Source of the DNA: a virus
Lineage: Duplodnaviria; Caudoviricetes
Virus record (IMG/VR): IMGVR_UViG_3300049139_000186
Coordinates: 1 to 39,185 of that record
Direction: 5' to 3' (one strand)
DNA: 39,185 bases
Part shown: one piece after another, positions 34,695 to 39,185 of the stretch
Layout: each line of letters starts with the position of its first letter
How positions within the stretch are numbered: the first letter of the stretch is position 1
Notes under the pieces: model-generated
The model's database searches: none
Seen by the model: the letters and a program-made list of their open reading frames with translations, nothing else
What the model was told of the DNA's origin: nothing
Position numbers and translations under genes: made by a program

Positions 34695-34701
34695 GTCCGG
34701 G

Positions 34702-34950
34702 CTAGATGCGCTCGTACACCGCGAACCCGTCACCGACCTCGGCGCGGCGCGCGTACCGGTACTCACCCGCGCTGTCGAGCACCAGCCCACCATCCGCCTG
34801 CAGCACCTCGTCGAGACCATGGCCGGCCAACCAGCCCGGGTTGATCCGGATCACCGGGTCGGCGTGCTCAACGATCCGTCGACCGTCGACCACGTCGATC
34901 GCCGCAGTGCCGGCCTCGAGAACCAGACGATTAATCTTCGCCGAGAACAT
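34702..34950 (-). CDS. Hypothetical protein
   Basis: ATG 34950 preceded by -10-like TAGGGT at 7 nt (leaderless). Confidence 0.6.
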   Translation of the reverse strand: MFSAKINRLVLEAGTAAIDVVDGRRIVEHADPVIRINPGWLAGHGLDEVLQADGGLVLDSAGEYRYARRAEVGDGFAVYERI

Positions 34951-34997
34951 GACAGCCACCCTACGTCTTGGTAACGGACGTGACCAGAGACGTGCAG

Positions 34998-35489
34998 TCA
35001 GGGAGGACAATCCTGTGCCGGCTCCACATCAGGGGTGAACCTGACCATGTAGGTCACGAGTGTCGAGTGGGAGCAGCCCACAACGGCGGCCATCTCGCGA
35101 ACCACGTCCGGGATCAACCGGACGACCCCGCCTCCTTCCGGCTCGTCGGCCAGCCTGTTGGCTGCCCATCGCTGGACCAGCTCGAACTCGGCCTCGTCAT
35201 CCCTGATGACCGCACGCAGGTCGACTCGGATACTGAGGATCTCCAGATCGACTCCGGTCTGCTGCATGGTGACCTGGACAAGATCGGAAGTTGGCACCCT
35301 GAGAGCGCGGCACAGCTCCACCAACCTCACGAACGTCAAGTGCCGGATGCCGTGCTCGTAGGTCAGCAGTGTGTGCTCGGTGATCTTCGATGGAAGTCGT
35401 CGAGCGAGTTCCGGTCGTGTCCAGCCACGGGACTCGCGGAGGTGACGAAGCCGTCTGCCGAGTTCCTGAGAGATCACCTGGTTGTTCAC
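34998..35489 (-). CDS. XRE-family HTH transcriptional regulator
   Basis: LGRRLRHLRESRGWTRPELARRL...TLLTYEHGIRHLT...LCRALRV; GTGA-coupled to the nuclease gene. Confidence 0.88.
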   Translation of the reverse strand: MNNQVISQELGRRLRHLRESRGWTRPELARRLPSKITEHTLLTYEHGIRHLTFVRLVELCRALRVPTSDLVQVTMQQTGVDLEILSIRVDLRAVIRDDEAEFELVQRWAANRLADEPEGGGVVRLIPDVVREMAAVVGCSHSTLVTYMVRFTPDVEPAQDCPP

Positions 35490-36175
35490 GGCGTCCGTCC
35501 GGGATCGGCCGCAGGACAAGTCGCCAGCATCTGCGCCAGCCCGTCCCGCTCAGCCTGGTCGACCGTCAACCCCCAGTCGATCTTCGTGGTGGCGTAGGCC
35601 CGCGCATACCCACACCGCTCCTCACGCGACGGTGGCCGCCACCGACCGGGGTCCTTGTCACCCTTCGCCCGGTTCACCGCCGACGTCACCGCCACCAGGT
35701 TGTCCAAGTCTTCGGCGAATGCCTGCTTCTCCGTCACTGTCCACACACGCCCTGCCCCGAGACCCACCGTGCCGTCCTCGCCGACCACCCTGGAGCGGTT
35801 GGCTTCGCCAAGCGGTACTCGGTGGTCGATGTCCATCCGGCCCGGATCACTGTGGAGGTGGTCGTCGTAGGGGGAGAACCAGCAGCCGCCGGGGCAGGTG
35901 AAGTGGCATCGTCCGTCTCGGACTTCGCCTTCGCCCTGGTCGATCAGGACGATGTCCCGCGTGTCGCAGCCGCCGCCCTGATCCGCCCAGCCGGGATGCC
36001 ACTGCTCCCGTTCGTAATGCGCACCGGTGTCCTCGGGGGCGACGACGAGTTGGGAGAGGAGGTCCCCGCGGCCTTTGAGCACATCGACCGGCGTCGGGGT
36101 GGCGTTGAGCTGTTCGGCGACCAGCAAGCCGGCGGCCACAGCGAGGGAGCAGAGGACCAATCTGAGAGGCTTCAT
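35486..36175 (-). CDS. Secreted HNH-type nuclease (DUF1524-like)
   Basis: Signal peptide; CDTRDIVL...WFSPYD...DIDHRVPL...NLVAVTSAVNRAKGDKDP...WRP. Confidence 0.88.
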   Translation of the reverse strand: MKPLRLVLCSLAVAAGLLVAEQLNATPTPVDVLKGRGDLLSQLVVAPEDTGAHYEREQWHPGWADQGGGCDTRDIVLIDQGEGEVRDGRCHFTCPGGCWFSPYDDHLHSDPGRMDIDHRVPLGEANRSRVVGEDGTVGLGAGRVWTVTEKQAFAEDLDNLVAVTSAVNRAKGDKDPGRWRPPSREERCGYARAYATTKIDWGLTVDQAERDGLAQMLATCPAADPGRTP

Positions 36176-36188
36176 CGGGTTCTCCAGA

Positions 36189-36382
36189 GAGTTAGATGAT
36201 GGGTTAGGTCAGCGAGGTCGAGTTAGGTTCCTAACTCCCGCGTAACTGGCCTCGAATGCGGTCGTGACCTGCGGCAAGTTAGGTGAGTTAGCCGAGTTAG
36301 GTGCCGTCAGCGGACCCTCTGGAACCCCCGAAATCGGGGGTCTCGAGACGTGACGCGGGAGCTAACTTCCGAGCAGGTCACG
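36189..36382. repeat. clt-like cluster of (G/A)(A/G)GTTAG(G) repeats downstream of traB
   Basis: Copies at 36189, 36201, 36220, 36276, 36285, 36294; inverted copies at 36230 and 36361; palindrome GAGTTAGG-TT-CCTAACTC; outer inverted pair CGTGACCTGC/GCAGGTCACG. Confidence 0.75.
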
Positions 36383-38672
36383 CGCCCTCCCGCCGACGGT
36401 TCAACGCCTCCCGAACCCGGGCCGGGTCCAGCGGCCACCGGTTGCCTGTGGACGGCACCTGCACCCCCAACACGGCCAGCCGCTCCCGCAGACTCTGCCC
36501 ATCCAGCCGCTGATAAGGGACGTGGCGTGGCCAGGCGTGCTTGAGCAGCGGCGGCACCTGCGCGATCGGTAGCACGTCGTGAAGCACCTCGGCCAGGTCG
36601 GCGAGCAAGTCCCGTTCCCGAGCCAACCTCACCGTCGGGCCGGCCCTGCGTCCTTCCCGGAGTTGCAGGGCCCTCTTGGTGACGCGGTGCGCGTCCGATT
36701 GCGGCACGTAGAAGCAGCGCATCAGGCCGGGTTTGCCGGTGAACCCGCGCTGCATGCAGGTCCCGACGTCGCCGGGGCCGTCATCGGTTTTGGGGGTCAA
36801 CCCGACCGCGGAGATCCCGGACTTGTACGACCCGGAGCCGAGGACGGCGTCGTTGCCCTGGTGGTCCCCGATCGCGAAGCACGCCTTGTTGCTGGCGATC
36901 GTGATCAGCTTGCGTGGAAGCGCGTCCTTGCTGGGCTCCGGGGTGAGGAACAGCAGCGTCACCCCGTACTTGCGGGCAGTCGACATGAGCTTCGTGGTGA
37001 CCTCGATCGCGGCTTTACCGTGCTCACCGATGAACAGGTTCTGGCACTCGTCGATCACCATGATCCGCGGCCGCAACCGGGCGTCCTTCTCAGCGATTCG
37101 CCTGGTCACAGCCCTCTGGTCATGCTCCCGCAGCGCTGCTCCCCGGATCGCGATGTCCTGGTACCGCTCGTGGAGCATCGCCAGGCACTGCTCCACGGTC
37201 TCCTCCCCAGCGCCGGTGACCAGCGTGTTGAGCCGGGGCCGCATGGGGTCGTAGTCGGCGTTCTCCGCCATCACCACCACATCGATGTCCACCAGCGGGT
37301 CAAGCATCGCCCCGAGCAGGATCGTGATGACCAGCGTGGATTTGCCGGAGCCCATCATCCCGCCGACTGCGTAGTTCGCCTCCGACAACCGGCCCTTGAT
37401 CACATCGCCCTTGATGGTGACCCCCACCGGCACGCCTTCGAAGTAGTCGGTCTGCGCGGTGTCGAGTTCGTCGAGCAGCGGCCACGGGTCCACGGGCTTG
37501 GACAGGACACCGGGGTTGGCAACCCACAGGTCGAGCACCGCGGGTAGGGGTTCGGTGGGCCACACCTCGATCGGGTACCGCTTCAGGTTGTGGGCCAGCA
37601 GCAGCTTGCGTTTCACGAACTCCTCGACCGGCGCGGCGGGGGGAAGGTCGAGTTGGGCGCGCCACCCTTTCCCGTCAGGCATGGGTGGTTTGCGGTAGTG
37701 CATGCGCCACCCGTCCTTCAGCGCCCGGTCCAGGGCTGGGACGGTCTTCCGGAGCGCTTCGACGATCATCGTCTCGTCGGGCAGCCCATCCATGACATGA
37801 CCAGGTTCGGTGTCGGGTTTGACGAGCCAGCGCGGGGCGTTGTTGGAGTGCTTCCCCACCCACCGCAAGCCCGCCACCAGCACAAACGGAGCAGCGAACA
37901 CCAGCACACCGAACAGCGTGACCAGGGCGGTGACGGTCCAGGCGATCACCGTGAACGTCCCCACCATCGGGGCCAGCACGAGGGACAGGTCCTCGTTCGC
38001 CACGGCGATCGTCCCGCCGAGCAGCAGCAACCCCACCAGCCCGATCACGAGGGTGAGCAGCAGCGCTTTCGCTATTTTGAACGGCAACGCCAGCAGGTCC
38101 ATGTGCCGCCTGTGGCGCCGCTCCCGGGCCTGCTCGGCGCGCTGCTCCCACTCCGCCACCCGGTCGTAGTCGCCGGCGGCCTCGAACGTCCGCATCATCC
38201 GCTCGTAGCGGCTGTTGGTCTTCGCCTCCCAGAACCGGCGGGCGAGGACCACCACCCCCGCGGCGACGTAGGCGCCCTGCCGGGCCACACCGCGGGTGAC
38301 GCGCACGGTGGGTTCGTGGTGGCGGACCACCCTCACCGCCCGCACCACGGGTCGGGTGGCCTTGGTGACCGGGCGGGTGATCCGCACCAGCGCGGTCCCC
38401 GGCTCGGCATCGTCCACCAGCTCGGCATCCAGGACCGGGCCCTGGTGCTCCACCTGGTCGCCAGCCCGGCGCACCAGATCACCAGCGTGGGTGGTGTCCG
38501 GGTAGCCATCCCCGTCCGCGTCGACCAACTCGACGTCGTGGGTGTCGCCCACGGTCGCCCGCTCCCGCCCAGCCTCGCCAGGCTGGTCGGCGCGCGGCTG
38601 CGGGCTGGGGTGCCGGGGCCGGAACGACAGCACGTCCCCGCCTCGCTCCTCCTGGTGTGGGTGCTCGGTCAT
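36378..38672 (-). CDS. traB: FtsK/SpoIIIE-family conjugative DNA translocase (TraB-like)
   Basis: Two TM helices, Walker A GGMMGSGKS, Walker B VIDECQ, C-terminal wHTH-like region; ATGA-coupled start 38672. Confidence 0.9.
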   Translation of the reverse strand: MTEHPHQEERGGDVLSFRPRHPSPQPRADQPGEAGRERATVGDTHDVELVDADGDGYPDTTHAGDLVRRAGDQVEHQGPVLDAELVDDAEPGTALVRITRPVTKATRPVVRAVRVVRHHEPTVRVTRGVARQGAYVAAGVVVLARRFWEAKTNSRYERMMRTFEAAGDYDRVAEWEQRAEQARERRHRRHMDLLALPFKIAKALLLTLVIGLVGLLLLGGTIAVANEDLSLVLAPMVGTFTVIAWTVTALVTLFGVLVFAAPFVLVAGLRWVGKHSNNAPRWLVKPDTEPGHVMDGLPDETMIVEALRKTVPALDRALKDGWRMHYRKPPMPDGKGWRAQLDLPPAAPVEEFVKRKLLLAHNLKRYPIEVWPTEPLPAVLDLWVANPGVLSKPVDPWPLLDELDTAQTDYFEGVPVGVTIKGDVIKGRLSEANYAVGGMMGSGKSTLVITILLGAMLDPLVDIDVVVMAENADYDPMRPRLNTLVTGAGEETVEQCLAMLHERYQDIAIRGAALREHDQRAVTRRIAEKDARLRPRIMVIDECQNLFIGEHGKAAIEVTTKLMSTARKYGVTLLFLTPEPSKDALPRKLITIASNKACFAIGDHQGNDAVLGSGSYKSGISAVGLTPKTDDGPGDVGTCMQRGFTGKPGLMRCFYVPQSDAHRVTKRALQLREGRRAGPTVRLARERDLLADLAEVLHDVLPIAQVPPLLKHAWPRHVPYQRLDGQSLRERLAVLGVQVPSTGNRWPLDPARVREALNRRREGA

Positions 38673-39184
38673 CGCCCGTCCTCGCCCGGGTGGGTGTCGC
38701 GCCGTACCCGGGCGGCCAACCCGGTCGCCAGGCCGAGGACCGCGACCGGGACGCAGGCGACGACCACGGTCACTCCCCAGGGGGCGGCGGTGACGCCGGC
38801 GGCGCTCAGCAGATGGGAAGCGACCTGGGCGCCCGCTCCCACACCCAGGCTGGCCCACGCGGAGCGGCGGGCGTAGGCCCGGGTTCTCGCTGACAGGGTG
38901 GCGGTGGACAGGTGCACGCGGAGGGCGTACAGGCCGTAGGCCTCGATCCCGATGGGCAGCACGATCGCGGTGTTGATTTGCAGGTCGCCCGCCCACCCGG
39001 GGAGTCCGGGCAGCGGGTGAATCAGCCCGAACCCTGTGAGTTCGCCGAGTTCTACCCACCCTCCCCAGATAGCGACGGCCGCGGCCACCCCGATCAGGAC
39101 GAGGGGCAACCGCCCGGGTAGGCGGGTCCGGTCCGCCCGGGTGTCACCCGGGTCGCCCGCGGGTGCTCCCGGGATGGGGGTGGG
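38669..39184 (-). CDS. Spd-like multi-TM membrane protein (5' end beyond window)
   Basis: AVAIWGGWVELGELTGFG...TAIVLPIGIEAY...VACVPVAVLG; frame open to window edge; adjacent to traB as in AICE/plasmid transfer modules. Confidence 0.7.
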   Translation of the reverse strand, partial: PTPIPGAPAGDPGDTRADRTRLPGRLPLVLIGVAAAVAIWGGWVELGELTGFGLIHPLPGLPGWAGDLQINTAIVLPIGIEAYGLYALRVHLSTATLSARTRAYARRSAWASLGVGAGAQVASHLLSAAGVTAAPWGVTVVVACVPVAVLGLATGLAARVRRDTHPGEDGR

Positions 39185-39185
39185 C

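Larger units (their letters stand above)
34702..39185 (-). mobile_element. AICE/plasmid-type transfer module (spd-traB-clt-nuclease-XRE)
   Basis: TraB-like FtsK with repeat cluster and Spd-like protein. Confidence 0.7.

Noticed and set aside
34574-34701. tRNA or attachment site after the holin
   Set aside because: Two hairpins but no cloverleaf or T-loop consensus, and no repeat partner in the window.
36189-36382. Possible CRISPR array
   Set aside because: Repeats are only 7-8 bp, irregularly spaced and in both orientations, with no spacer periodicity and no cas genes.
38363-38383. TGGTGACC seed match of the TnpB guide inside traB (also near 35268)
   Set aside because: 8-nt matches are expected by chance in 39 kb of high-GC DNA, and neither is preceded by TGGG.
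38673-39059. N-terminal 129 aa of the 893-aa FtsK ORF
   Set aside because: Overlaps the Spd-like gene in another frame; ATGA coupling and RBS support the start at 38672.

Overview
High-GC actinomycete DNA dominated by one co-oriented (+ strand) temperate siphovirus prophage. It contains the 3' end of a replication/early operon of small, translationally coupled genes (1-10386), a late promoter/leader, an HNH-cos-terminase-portal-protease-HK97 capsid head module, neck and tail genes (including a -1 frameshift chaperone and a 1012-aa tape measure), and a multi-holin/amidase lysis cassette ending in terminators at ~34.6-34.7 kb. Beyond these, on the minus strand and with no visible att site or integrase in between, is an actinomycete conjugation-type module (Spd-like membrane protein, TraB/FtsK translocase, clt-like repeats, secreted HNH nuclease, XRE regulator). 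The main observations are: (1) a transposase-less IS607-type TnpB with intact catalytic motifs inserted into the early operon, whose predicted omegaRNA guide matches the reconstructed empty allele perfectly and its own start region at 16/20; (2) several different short direct-repeat pairs that each bracket a single early gene in frame; (3) an unannotated orphan Phd/YefM antitoxin with P1-like GTGTACAC operators; (4) the apparent phage + TraB/clt fusion. All assignments come from motif recognition by eye; no searches were run.
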